DNA from: Yuukianura sp. NJ FZ-2021
Lineage: Eukaryota
DNA length: 64,000 bases
Assembly (NCBI GenBank): GCA_046563655.1
Contig: CM102283.1
Span: 3,472,001-3,536,000, forward strand
Direction: 5' to 3'
In this document: piece by piece, positions 1 through 11,831 of the stretch
How the letters are laid out: every line of letters begins with the position of its first letter
Position numbering within the stretch: the first letter of the stretch is position 1
The notes under the pieces: generated by a model
What the model was told of the DNA's origin: nothing
Seen by the model: only the letters and a program-made list of their open reading frames with translations
The model's database searches: none
Position numbers and translations under genes: made by a program

Positions 1-912
1 TTTAATCCACCGCCATTCCGTTCGTGCATGTTTCATCAAAGACGTTTTTGGACTGGAAAATTCCAGATTTCAAAATCTCTAGTGCCAAAAGTTCAGACGC
101 CACTAAAACCTTCTTGAAACTCCGTCCAACTTTTTTTTTGAAACTCCGCCCAACTTTTTTTTTGAAATTGTGCTGTAATACTAAGAAGTAAGGCTGAATG
201 CGGGAGTATTAAGTTGGGTGCTGTTTGCTCACCTAGAGAAATCCAGCGTCCCGTGAGTGCCAAAACATGATAAGTTCAGAAAACATAGGTTGATAAGCAT
301 TGTTATAGTACTAGATAATAGAAGATGAAGTGGGGGGTCAGTAGCACTTTGGAAGTCTATAAGCATCCAGCATCTCTAAAGCAGCATTTTGGAAGTCTAT
401 AAGTATCCAGCATCCAGCATCTCGGCAGCATTATTCAGCTTCCACAAGCTCCATTTCACATCTGCTGCTTAAAATTTAAATAAAATTAGAGCGGATTAGG
501 GATTAAATAGTTCAAGTGGAAAATTCCTCCAGTCCAGATTTTTTGGGCATAAAAACAACAGTACTCGCACTGGCCACTTTCACTCAAGAGTGGCCCAGCG
601 ACTTGAAGAGACATCCAGAAAAGTTCTAAAAAGTCTAAAGTTCAAAAGTCTAAAAGTTCAAAAGGTATAAAAGTTCAAAGAGTCTAAAAGTTCTAAGATT
701 TACAGAAGAAAAGTTAAAAAAACGCTTCTAGTATAGTTTTGAGTTTGAGATTTTGGAACAGAATTAAATTGGTTTTGATTTCTGTATTTTGGAGCTAAAA
801 AAGTTCTAGCTAAAAGTTGGTGTTTTAAATTTTCAAAAAGTCTTCGTTTTTTGAAATCTTTGTTTTTGAAAAAGGCGCCACTTGCCGTTAAACTTCTGAA
901 TAGTTTCTGTCT

Positions 913-3211
913 ATGGGTAAATATCGGACTAGTCCTCAAAAGATCAAATGTGGTGACAGTGTCGGTGGTCTCCTGTTCTGGAGCTTCTTCTTTTTCGTGT
1001 CTCCGCCACTCCTGGCGGCGACTCCGGTGGATCCAGTCTCTCCGGTGGCTCAATCTGCCCCACCAACGACCTCATTGGTGCGTTCGGTGAATGGAGACAT
1101 CCTATTGGTGGATTCAGTAAATGGAGACATCCTATTGGCTGAGCCAAATTGCACTCCCAGCGCACTCAATGATTTCCCGCATGACTTCTTCACGAAGGAG
1201 CAACGACTCCATGGAGGGCTCGTCTTCCATTTTATCATTTCGTTCTACGCATTCTACGCTCTGTTCATTGTCTGCGATGACTACTTTGTTCCGTCCATTG
1301 AAGAAATCACAAGAGGTAATTCATTTTAAAAAAAATCAAAATTTTGAAAAAGTTTCAAAATTTCATGATTTTTCAAAATTTCAGTTCTTGGAATCTCCAC
1401 GGATTTGGCTGGAGCAACGTTCATGGCAATTTCGACCTCTGCACCGGAACTCTTTACGAACGTCATTGGAACTTTTGTTACGAAGGGTGAGCATTATCAT
1501 GCGCGAATTTCAAAAAAAAAAAGAGTACTGCGCATGTGTCAGGTTGTAAAATTTGCAATTTTAAATGTCTAAAAATAGAGTTGTGCACTTGTCTGGCATT
1601 AAAATTAGAATAATTCGCAGACTTTAAAATGGCGGCTTCTGATTGGTTGAATTTTTTATTACAGGAGACATGGGCGTGGGGACCATAGTTGGGAGTGCAG
1701 TTTTCAATATTTTGGCTGTTGGATTCTGTTGTGGCATTGGAGCTGGATATGCCGTTGAAATTCACAAGAAGCAACGGCGTCCGGTAACTTTTTCAGAATT
1801 GAAATTTGAAATTTTGAAAATCAAAATTTATGAGTATTTTTTCGAAATTTTAGGGAATAGTGTTAGAGTGGTATCCACTAACACGTGACTGCATCTTTTA
1901 CCTCTGTTCAGTTGGACTGCTGCTGGTCGTTCTGGAAAATCGGAGAGTCTACTGGTATGAGGCATTGACGCTCCTGCTCTTCTACTTTGTCTACATCTTA
2001 GGTACGTTCAAATTTTGAAAAATTTCAAAAATTTTCAAAAAATAAAATTTTGAAACTTTTAGTGATGTGCAACAATGCCTTGTTCAAGGCCTGGGCAGAG
2101 GACATTGTTTCCAAATTTCAAAAAACGGACACACAAGATCGGAAGCGTCACTCCGTTGCGATTATGGAGGAAAAGACTCCGTTGATTCCGAATTCTCCCA
2201 AGCTAAAATCCTACGTTGAAGTGTCGCCATACACTGAAGTGTCGCCGTACATTGAAGTGTCGCCAAAAGATGAAGTGTCGCCGTACGACCCAGAAAGAGA
2301 CCCCTTCTGGGACCCTGAAGGGCCCCTCAGCAGCAGTTCTTCTGGAAGCTCCGAGGACGAGGAGGTACTTCTCACCAGGGCACTCCAAAGATCGGAATCA
2401 AGATGTCTAGATGAAAAAGGTGGGCAATTTTGAAAAAAAAAGTTTCAAAATTTTGAGAAAAATTTTCTGAAATTTTTGATTTTTCAATTTTAGAGGGCTG
2501 GGGACTTTGTACATTTCCATCTGGAAGTGGGTGTGGCACTTGGTTGTGTTGGTTCCTGAGTTGGCCGATTCGGTTTTGCTTGACCTTGACTATTCCGGAC
2601 TGTCGTGAACCAAGATGGCGTCGATGGTACGTCGTTACCTTGGTGATGTGCATCATTTGGATTGCCAGCATGACTTATGTCGTAACCTGGATGATGGAAA
2701 TCATCGGCGACACAATTGACATTCCAGAAAGTGTCACCGGACTTACTTTCTTAGCTGCCGGCACTTCCATTCCAGAAGTCATTTCCTCCGTGATTGTCGC
2801 TAGACAAGGTTAGCAAGCCTTAAAAATTTGAAAATTCTGAACTTTCACAATTTTGAATTTTGGTACTTTTTTGTGCTAGGTTTTGGATCGATGGGATTGA
2901 GTAACTCAATTGGGTCAAACACATTTGACCTTCTGTTTTGCCTTGGACTTCCGTGGCTGATCGAGGCAGTTTTGGTGGCTGGAAGTGACGTGCCTTACGT
3001 GGCAATCCACTCCGGTGGGATCGAATATTCGGTGGCTCTGCTCATTTCGTCTCTGATCTGTTTCTACTTGGCGGTGGCTATCAATGGATTTGTGCTGGAC
3101 TGGAAAGTGGGCGTGACCTGCCTCGTCATGTACGCTATCTTTATTCCGGTCGCGTGTCTCCTGGAACTCAACTTTTTCTTCCCAGTTAATCTCCCCACAT
3201 GTCCCGAATAG
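913..3211 (+). CDS. K+-dependent Na+/Ca2+ exchanger (SLC24/NCKX family), 7 exons, ~591 aa
   Basis: Exons 913-1315, 1385-1486, 1665-1783, 1854-2001, 2063-2419, 2494-2808, 2880-3211 join in frame through GT-AG introns. Motifs: VCDDYFVPS, alpha-1 repeat [35 protein letters not shown], alpha-2 repeat [19 protein letters not shown] and GLPW. AATAAA at 3235-3240. Confidence 0.95.
2215..2286 (+). repeat. In-frame 18-bp tandem repeat (x4) encoding xEVSP(Y/K) in the NCKX cytoplasmic loop
   Basis: TGAAGTGTCGCC recurs every 18 bp; protein reads [24 protein letters not shown]. Confidence 0.9.
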
Positions 3212-3508
3212 CTTACGTAAATTTTGTATATTCAAATAAAGTGTACATACTATTGTAATCTTCAAACTTTGCTGGACAAAATGTGCATGTAAGCTCAAAT
3301 GAAAATTAATTTATTTTGCAAGGATTTTTCAAAATGAGAGATTAGCATGACAGAGAAGAGAGAATTTTTTTTCCTAATTAAAGTTCATTTACATAATTAT
3401 TGAATCAAGATTATTTCTTTTACCAATTTTTGTTAAATATTATAAGCAATGTTGAAGAATGTCTTGTTCAAGTCTGGCAAAAAATCGGCAGCGTACATAA
3501 AGATGCAA

Positions 3509-4396
3509 TTAATTATTTCCTAGCTTTGTTTCCAGTTTCTTCATTTTCTTTTCCAATTTCCTAATCATGGCCACTGTAGTCTTGTTGTTCTCTGCGATTT
3601 CCTTCAACTGTTCTTGTATTTTTCTGAGCTCCTCTTTCTGCTCCTCATCTATTTTTCGTAGTTGACGCAACTCATCTTTTAGGTCATCTAATTCATCCAC
3701 CTTGTCCTGTCTGTCACGGTTGCGTCGTGCTTCTTTCATGTCATCCTGCAAATTTAGAATTCAATTCTTACTAATAAGCAAAAAGAGAAAATTTTCAAAG
3801 TTTTCAAAATTTCTTAAACATTTCTCAATTTTCAAAATTTCTTAATTTTCAAAGTTTTTGGAATTTGAGTTTAAATTCCAGCATGACATTGGAGGATACG
3901 AAAAGAATTTACGAATCAGAGAAAAAGTTGGGGCGAGTTGAGACGCAACTCAAAAAACAGCAGCAAGTCTACGAAAATGCTGTTTATGAACAGGCTTTAA
4001 CTCAAAAACAACTTCGAGATGCTTTGGTACTAAACTAAAATCTAAAATTTCAAACGTAGGAAGGAAGTTTGTTTGAGAAAAATGTTCTGGCTTACCTTTC
4101 TCGGTGGCGGATCTCCAGCGGTCATGGTAGAAGTTGAGGTCCCTGGAGTGGATATCGCTGAGGGTTGATCCGTATCAGCGGTTGTTGGATTCGGGAATTC
4201 TTCAATTCCCGCCTCTGATATGGCCTTAGAAAGGTCATTCTGGTTAAACTTGTCCATTGATTTTGGAGTAAGCAATTTTAATTCCGCAAGCATGATAGCT
4301 TTGGTGTAGAATGGAAGGAGACTGGAATTGGAATGGGGAAGCAGCAGCGCAGGATGCGTTCCACAATTTTCCACCGGCAATCCAATTTGCAAATTG
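3509..4396 (-). CDS. Uncharacterised protein with C-terminal coiled coil; 5' end uncertain
   Basis: Exon ~4396-4096 (ends PPPRK, GTAAG donor at 4095) splices in phase 0 to exon 3745-3509 (TGCAG acceptor; DDMKEARRNRDRQDKVDELDDLKDELRQL...KLGNN*), a charged heptad-like pattern. Possible start at ATG 4293; no upstream exon could be joined in frame. Confidence 0.5.
3870..4050 (+). pseudogene. Inverted, internally deleted duplicate of CFAP58-like exon 7 (pseudo-exon)
   Basis: 3871-3905 matches the reverse complement of ~9465-9499 and 3906-4050 matches that of ~9191-9335. Both splice junctions are retained and the internal deletion shifts the frame. Confidence 0.9.
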
Positions 4397-5193
4397 CTGA
4401 AAATTCATATTGAATTTACCTGTCCTCAAAAGTGACTTTTGCCTGAACTTTATGCAAAAATTTTGCACACGCGCCACGTTTTTCTTCTTTTGATGTCTGT
4501 TGAAGTGTCCAGAGACTGATATGTGGATTTGCCTTCGTTCAAAGTTCAAAACCTTCTGAAGTTGTAAATTCAAAAGAAATTGAGTTTTCATCTTCAAATC
4601 CAGGGTCCGTTTCAGTACAATTGAAAAAATATTGTTTTTGAACAGACTTTTGGAGATCCCAAACCATTTTAGAAGAAAACAGTTCATGGTTGACGACGAA
4701 AGGGGAAAATTCGACCTCAATTTCTAAAAGTAACTTTCATTTCAAAGTGTTTATTATTTGAAAAATGAAAATTTTAAAGAAAAAAAAACTTACTAGTAAT
4801 AAACATAAACTGCATTTGTTAAGGACGTGAAGCGTCCAACTTAACCTAGTTAAATATCCTGTTTTAAACTTTGTTACAAAATGAAAAAAATTGTACACTG
4901 TTTGTCAAAGATGTGTTGCACTTTGGTTTGCTTTTTGTGTGTCATTTTGTTAGTTCTAACGTAAAAACTAATGTCAAAAACATAAAATTTAGCATTTCGT
5001 CAAAAAACTAGAGGTTGTTATTTTGAAATTTCGAAAACTTTTGAAAGTGAGGGAGATCTACACAGAACATAGTAAGTAGCACAAAACTAAACTTTGTTAC
5101 TTTGAAGGTACTCTGTGCCTGCGCAAGCATAATCTTCTCCATACGCATATGTCATTTGCACATGCGCAGAACTGATTCTCGCATGTAGAAACT

Positions 5194-6986
5194 TCATTGC
5201 CCAAATTTAAATTTCTTCACGTATCCAACCGTCTTGAACGTACATGTCTGTGGACCACCTTCATCCGGTGGCAAATCTTGCAGTTTCCTTGCAATCTAAA
5301 CATTCAAGTTTTCAAATTTTCAAAAATTCCCACTTTTTCTAAAAAATTGTGTTTCTTACCACCGGGATGAGTTCAGTTAGTGATTCTTTTCGTCCATATT
5401 TTTGAAAAACTTCACACAGAATTCTTATGAATGGACTGCCTTTGAGTTCGTGTCGGACCGAAACGTATCCCGGCAGTGTCGACTGCAGAATCATCATGTG
5501 ATTAAACTCAGGATGATTTTCAAATAAATTTCGAACTTGGCGCGGAGCCGAATCGTATTGAATACTGCTTGGTCTTCGGATTTGAGTTGAAACTGGGGTG
5601 ACTTGAATCCTTTTGTGTAATCTGTCACCACGGCAACACTGGATTATAAACAGTTTCGGTTTGTTTCTCATCATGGGGAAGAACTGGTTGTTAAACCGTG
5701 GGAAAATGTCGTCCCACATGTGAACAAGGTGGGCCCAGTCGTTGCCGATACTTTCACAGTCCGAAGTTTGAAACCAAAAGTTGTCTTCGCCGTGACTCAT
5801 CAAGGAAACGACACAGGAGTCGACGGGACGCGTCGCAAATTTGTCTGTAAACTTCTTAAGAACGCCGGAGTGCGGGCAGAGCAGGGTCTGTTTGGAACAA
5901 AAAAAAAATTTAAACTTTGAAAATTGAAATTTTAGTTTTTGAAAACCGAAATTTTAAAAATTTAAAAAAATGTCCCACCTTTTTCTTGGGGTTGACAATG
6001 ACGGTGACGTCGTAACCAAGGTACTGCAGCGCCGTTGCTAACCGATCCGAATCAAATTCGGCTCCAATTCGTTTCAAACTTGGATTTCCGTCAAAGTCAA
6101 TGACGTTTATAATGAGTGCATAGCCTTTGGGAACTGAACTGATTCGATACGTCTAGAAAAAAACGAAACGGTACTTGAAACGGTACTGATTAAGAAGTTG
6201 AGTTCATCCAACAATTCCATTTTTTTGAAAGGTGCCAAACTAAAAAGTGATGAGTTTATTAAAAGAAATTAAAAGTTTGAAATTATAGGTTAAGTTTTTC
6301 TTAGTAAAGTAAATTTTTAAATTCAAAATTTTGAAATTTAAAGTTGAAATTTTTAAATTTGAGAATAAGAAAAGCTAAAATCACAGTACATTATCGGGGT
6401 CTTCCAGATGATGATGGACCGGAACCGGATCGTCGTAAGGATCGGCCTGATGTTGTGGACGGTAGTGGCGTGGCTGATGTTGTTGTTGATGAAATTGCTG
6501 TTGATGTTGTTGTTGTTGAGGATGTTGTTGATACTGGTTGCGTTGAATTCGACCATGGTGACCGTGGGCCGGCCCTGCTCCTGCGCCGACCTCTTCGGCA
6601 GCATTTTCGTTGTCATCATCAGCATTTTGTTGGTGGCGACCAGCATAAGATCGGTCCAGCAGTTGTGCTTGTCGGATGTTTCCGGATCGCCCGAGGGCTT
6701 CAACCAAACTTCGGAAAGCATTCGGCCCCCGTTTGCAAATTTCGATAAACACTTTCTGAATTTGTTCTTTCGGAGTACGCCTTTCAGCCTTTTTAAACAA
6801 AAAAGGAACTTTTTAGTACACTTTTTTGAATTTTGGCACTCAAAAGTTCCTTACCAAAATGGCATCCAGCATGTCCGGTGTAAAAATATGGCGGGAAATA
6901 AGTTCAGAATGAAATTCTGGCACGTTTTGAACTTGCATCAACTGAACCAAATTGGTCAAAATTTTGGTTCTGTCTGCCTCTTGCAT
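5194..6986 (-). CDS. Initiator-type caspase with N-terminal CARD (Dronc/caspase-2/9-like), 5 coding exons, ~444 aa
   Basis: Exons 6986-6855, 6788-6390, 6152-5979, 5887-5360, 5295-5194, all phase 0. CARD-like region (MQEADRTKILTNLVQL...KRGPNAFRSLVEAL), p20 motifs PKGYALIIN and KRIGAEFD, catalytic SHG and KPKLFIIQCCRG, p10 STLPGYVSVR...GSPFIRIL. Confidence 0.93.
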
Positions 6987-7721
6987 TGTTTCAAAATTTC
7001 AAGTCCAAGTTTGAGTCCACTTTTAACTTTTATGGAATTGACTTTTGTTTTTAGTGTCTAAAGTTATGGAATTATACGCTTCTGGTATAAAATTTTCTAT
7101 GAAAATTTGAGTTTTTTTTTTGAAACCTGCAGAAATAAAATAAAAATAAAAGTTGAAGGTACAAATACTTTTGAAATTTTGCGAACGAGAAAACTGTAAC
7201 TCCGCAAAATTCCGACAGATCTGACGAGTGGGTTCGAATCTCACAGAAAACCAAGCACAAAAAAACTAAAAAGCTAAACGACACCAAAGAGCAACAAAAA
7301 AATTCATTTTGTAAGACGAAAAAGCTTTATCGAGTTAAAAGTTTTAACGAGTGAGCAACTTGTTGCCTCTCCCGACTTTATTTCTTCTAAAAGATTAAAG
7401 CAAACAATTTTGACTTAAAATTTTGAATTGTTCAAGCGAAATTTAACTAAAAAGTTTTGCTTCAGCACCTTTTAAACTTTGTTCTTATTTTAGTTTTTCA
7501 TTTTGAAACTTTCCGTGTTTAGACCAAAATTGATTCTTTTTAAAAAATTCAAAAAAAAAGTTTTCAGTTAAATTTTGAATACACTTTTGAATAATTTTGT
7601 GTGTGTAGTGTAAATTTTTTTAATAAAAAAATAATCGAAGAACAATTTTTGGTTTTTATTTAAGTTTTTATGTTGTAGGAAGTAAATATTTGTGATTTTT
7701 TTAGATTGTGTTTGGTGTTTT

Positions 7722-10700
7722 TTAATGGTTTTGAATTCCCTGCTCTTCTGCGGTAGTCGTCATTGCCGATGCATCGGCCAACGGTAATTCCTTTGCTAAA
7801 TTTGCAATTGAAATCGACGATTTTTCAGGATCGCTCAGAGTTTCATCTTTGTCATTTTCAAAAACGGTGTCGTCATCCGGATAATCCCAGTCGTAAGAGC
7901 AACCGTTACTGCTCATCCTTTGAAAATATTGACGCTCCAGCCTTTTAAAACAACCTTGAAGCAGTTCCCGTTCTTCATCAAAGTACTGCGCATGGAAAGT
8001 GGATGCTTGCAATTCATACTGCAGTGCTTTATACTGGCGCTGTTTAGCAGCCACGAGATGCTGGTAGTAAGTCACATTTTCAGGCGTTTCCAAACTGGGT
8101 GCTTTGGAAAGTGCGTCGCGAATCTGGCAGTAGATTTCCTGTTTGTAAGCAAGCTCTTCGTCCTGTTTTCGCACAACAGCATTCCTGTCGACGAGTCGTT
8201 TCGTCAACAAGTTAGCTTTGATGACCATGTCATAAGCATCCGGATTTGTACACTGAAAACGTAGCGGGAAAGTAAAAATTTTGAATAATTTGTACAAAAT
8301 TTTTGAATTTAACCTCCAAAACACGCCAACGGTGGACGTTGATTGGATGACGCATGCTCTCACGCAGACTATTGCACATGCAAATTTCTTTGGAAATGAT
8401 GTTCTCCAAAACTGAAATTTCATGTTGCAGTTTTCGAATTCGTCTTTTTCCAAAAGATTTTACAATGTTTTCTTTCCTAAGATGAAAATTTCAGAGCAAC
8501 ATTTTTGGAAACGTTCTTTCTCAAGCAACCAAGCAACAAAAAAAAAACCGAAAATTTTCAAAAACCAGAATTTTTACCGTGTTTCGAAAATCATCAGTCG
8601 GATTTTCCGAATGTCCGCAATTAAATTGCGGTAATGGTAAGCTCCAATTCGAATTTCAGAGTGCAGAACTCTCCATTTTTCGCAAGTTTCACGCAACTCT
8701 TGTTCCTTGACCATCAGTTTGCGTCCAAAAACTTCTTTTCGTGACTGTGCATTGTTGGCATAGTAAGCTTGACGACCCATTTCGCTTTCAATTGCAGCAA
8801 CAGTCTTTTTGAGTACAAGTCGCTCAGCCATCAGGGCTTCAACCATTCGCTGCATGTCGTAAGCCATGTGCTGCAAGCGTTTTCCCTCTCCAGCGTAAAA
8901 AGTTGTTTCACGCAACACACGTTCGTAACCTTTTCCAAAAAATGCATTTTTTATGAAATTTAGTTCCAAAAAAAAAACTTTCAAAAACTTGAAAACTTGT
9001 TGTTGTTTTTTTGAATGCTTACGTGAAGCTTCGATGTGAATCACAGTGTCCTTTTCACCAACTTGAAATTTGAGGCCCATAATTTGGTGGCCGAGATGCA
9101 TCAACTTGATGTTGTTCTCCACTCCCTCGCTCTTTTAAAAATAAAATTTTCAAAAATTGGAAATTTTTAAACTTTGAGTTTTTTTTTTCAAAATTTTAGA
9201 TTCTAGTTTAGTACCAAAGCATCTCGAAGTTGTTTTTGAGTTAAAGCCTTTTCATAAACAGCATTTTCGTAGACTTGTTGTTGTTTTTTGAGTTGCGTCT
9301 CAACTCGCCCCAACTTTTTTTGTGATTCGTAAATTGAGCGATCCATTTTTCGCGCTTCTTCTAAACGAACTGCAACTTGGTGTGCCAATTTCATTGCCTC
9401 GTGAGTGTAATTGTCCCGCTCTTTTTCCAAATGTGCAATCACGGTTTGTTGCTCAGCAATTTCCTTCTCATATCCTCCAATGTCATGCTGAAATTTAAAT
9501 TTTGAAAATTCAAATTTCGAAAAATTTCAAAATTTTAAAAATCTGTTAGTACCTGTAAATTTCGAACAGCCAATTCATGCAGAACTCGTTGATGTTCATG
9601 AGAATCTCCAACGGCCACGGCGCGCTCCAGAGAGCGATTCAAAATTGCACGGTCACGATCCAGTGCATCGATGCTTCTCTTGTTCGCTTCTAATCGCTTT
9701 TGAGCAAGTTCTAACTCTTTTTCAAGTAAAGCCAATTTGGATTTCAAATTTTCCCGCTCTTCTTCTAAACTTGAAACAATTGCTCTACATTCTTGGACTT
9801 TTCGCAAATTCGCTTCTTTTTGACGATTCATTCTAGAAACCATGGTTCTCGCCGATGCAACCTCATCTTCTTTTTCCTAAGTTAAACAAAACAAGAGAAT
9901 TTCAGAAAAATTGAAAATTTCAATGGTTTCACAAAATTTTGTATCCATTTTTTTTTGAAAACCTTCAAATCCGATTGCCGTTTGAACAGATCCACAGCAA
10001 GCCGGTCACAAAGTCGTGCCTGCGATTCGTAATCTTGTTTGAATTTTATGTATTTGTTGTTCGCAATTTCCAACTCATGCTGTGCGTCTTCATTGACAAT
10101 CTAAGTGTTCAAAAATTACAAAATTTTGGAAAATTTTGAACTTTCTTTTTTCATTTTGGCTGGAAATTTTGAGTTTTTACTCTTTGTTCTTTGACGTATC
10201 TCTCGACATCAGTGAGACGACTTTCTGCCAAATTCAAATTTTGCACAAGATCTTCAACTTCAACTGCCTTGTGCTCAGATTGGACAATTGTTTCTGCAAT
10301 TGCCTTGACAAGTCGCTCTTTCCTAGCCTTTTCACGTGCAATTGCTTCACGGTAAATCACTTCTTCCTCACTCAGCAATTTGAATTTCTCCTCCAAACTC
10401 ACTTTCAAATCAGCAAGATCTTGACGTTTTTGAAAAATCTGTTTCAGTTCTGAATTGAGCCGAGCAACTTCAGAACCAACCAAATTTTTCTGACTTTCAA
10501 ATTGACTTTTGAGTCTTGTCAATTCCACGACCCTAAAAAGGCAAAAAAGGTGAAGAGTTTCATGGAATTTTAAGATCTACGCGCTTATGGCGCGAAAGAA
10601 TTTACGTCGTTTGGCCCTCCGTCTTTGCTGCAGCGTTGATTGACCGATTCAGCATGAAAATTTCTTCACGCAGTTCATAAATGTGCAAAGCATTTTTCCG

Positions 10701-11831
10701 CTCCTCGGCTTCTCCAACGTCAGCCAATCCCCAAGCACTTTCCAGTTTCGCGCGCAAACGAGCTGCTACGTCGACATCTTCTTCGGCCAATTTGATCAGC
10801 GTTCTCGTTTTCGCCATAATGGCAGACAGATCCACCTGAAATACCAAAAAGCGTTAAGAAAATTCAAGTACGCGCTTTTGGCGCGAGAAGCTTTTTAAGG
10901 TGTCAGGATTTTAAAATTGGTGCTAAAAGTAGAAAATGAGTTCTGAATTACCGAAATGTCGTGATCTTTGACTTGGAGACGCAGAACATTTTGATGCGAC
11001 CGTTGAATGCCGTCCCACAGTGTAATAAATAAGCTCTTGACGGGTTCCATGTTGATGCCCTTGGCGTCTGACGCATCGAGTGTACCTAACGTGTGTTGAT
11101 AGATTTCATGGAGTTTGTCAAAAGTATGGTCATGTTTGAATAGTTGTTGGGCCACGTCCGTCTCGGCCTCCAATTCGTCAAAGTCGTCATCGTCATCGTC
11201 TTGACGCCACGTCATTGTAGCAGGAGCAAAGGAAATGGCACGGCTTGCCGGCTAATTTCAAAAATTAAAATTAGTTTAAGCAATTCATTGAAATTTTCAA
11301 ATTTTGGTACTTTTTTGGCTAAAAATATACCGTTTGTTGCTCTGCTTGTTGCACCGGCATTTTTGATGTCTTTGCTTCAGCAAATGGCGGCATTTTTGAC
11401 GTCTTTGCTTCAACGAATGTCTGATGATGAGATTTTCGTTGTTGAAAGAGCGACTTTGTATGTTCACCTGCTGTGGAGTGAGGATCTTCCTTTGACGTTG
11501 AACTGCCATGACTACTGCCAGCCATACTCTTTTTATGACCACTCGTTACGCTGCTCACGGATTTAGCAGATTTCGCACCAATTGATTGTCGTTTCTGGTC
11601 AAAACCAACCGATCCACTGCTTTTATGTTCAACATCGACAGAAATACTGGGAATACTTGTGTCTGCGGTTCCAGCATCGGCAGGAATACTGGCAGTAGGT
11701 GTGTCGGTGATTCCAGCATCGACAGGAATACTGGCAGTAGTTGTACCATCTGGTGACGAAGGTGGTGCTACTTCGGGTACAGTGGTCCCATCTTTCGTAG
11801 AATCCAAGTTCTCCTGGCCGGATTCCTCCAT
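7722..11831 (-). CDS. CFAP58: Cilia- and flagella-associated protein 58-like (CCDC147) long coiled-coil protein, 11 exons, ~1090 aa
   Basis: Exons 11831-11331, 11251-10952, 10835-10606, 10532-10181, 10100-9963, 9876-9553, 9487-9215, 9131-9023, 8929-8578, 8476-8314, 8252-7722 splice in frame. Family-like motifs LRAKLESAWGLAD, AHLEKERDNY and HPINVHRWRVLE followed by NPDAYDMVIK. Confidence 0.85.

Noticed and set aside
4397-4419. 23-nt intron linking ORF 4244-4720 to the coiled-coil gene
   Set aside because: Too short relative to the other introns here, and it does not produce the correct reading frame.
6408-7061. 217-aa plus-strand hydrophobic ORF
   Set aside because: Antisense shadow of the caspase CARD and poly-Q exons.
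7228-7244. tRNA T-arm-like GTGGGTTCGAATCTCAC
   Set aside because: No A-box or cloverleaf upstream.
8990-9015. Intronic KKQQQV echo of CFAP58 exon 7
   Set aside because: Only ~20 bp of low-complexity TTG/T sequence; may be chance.
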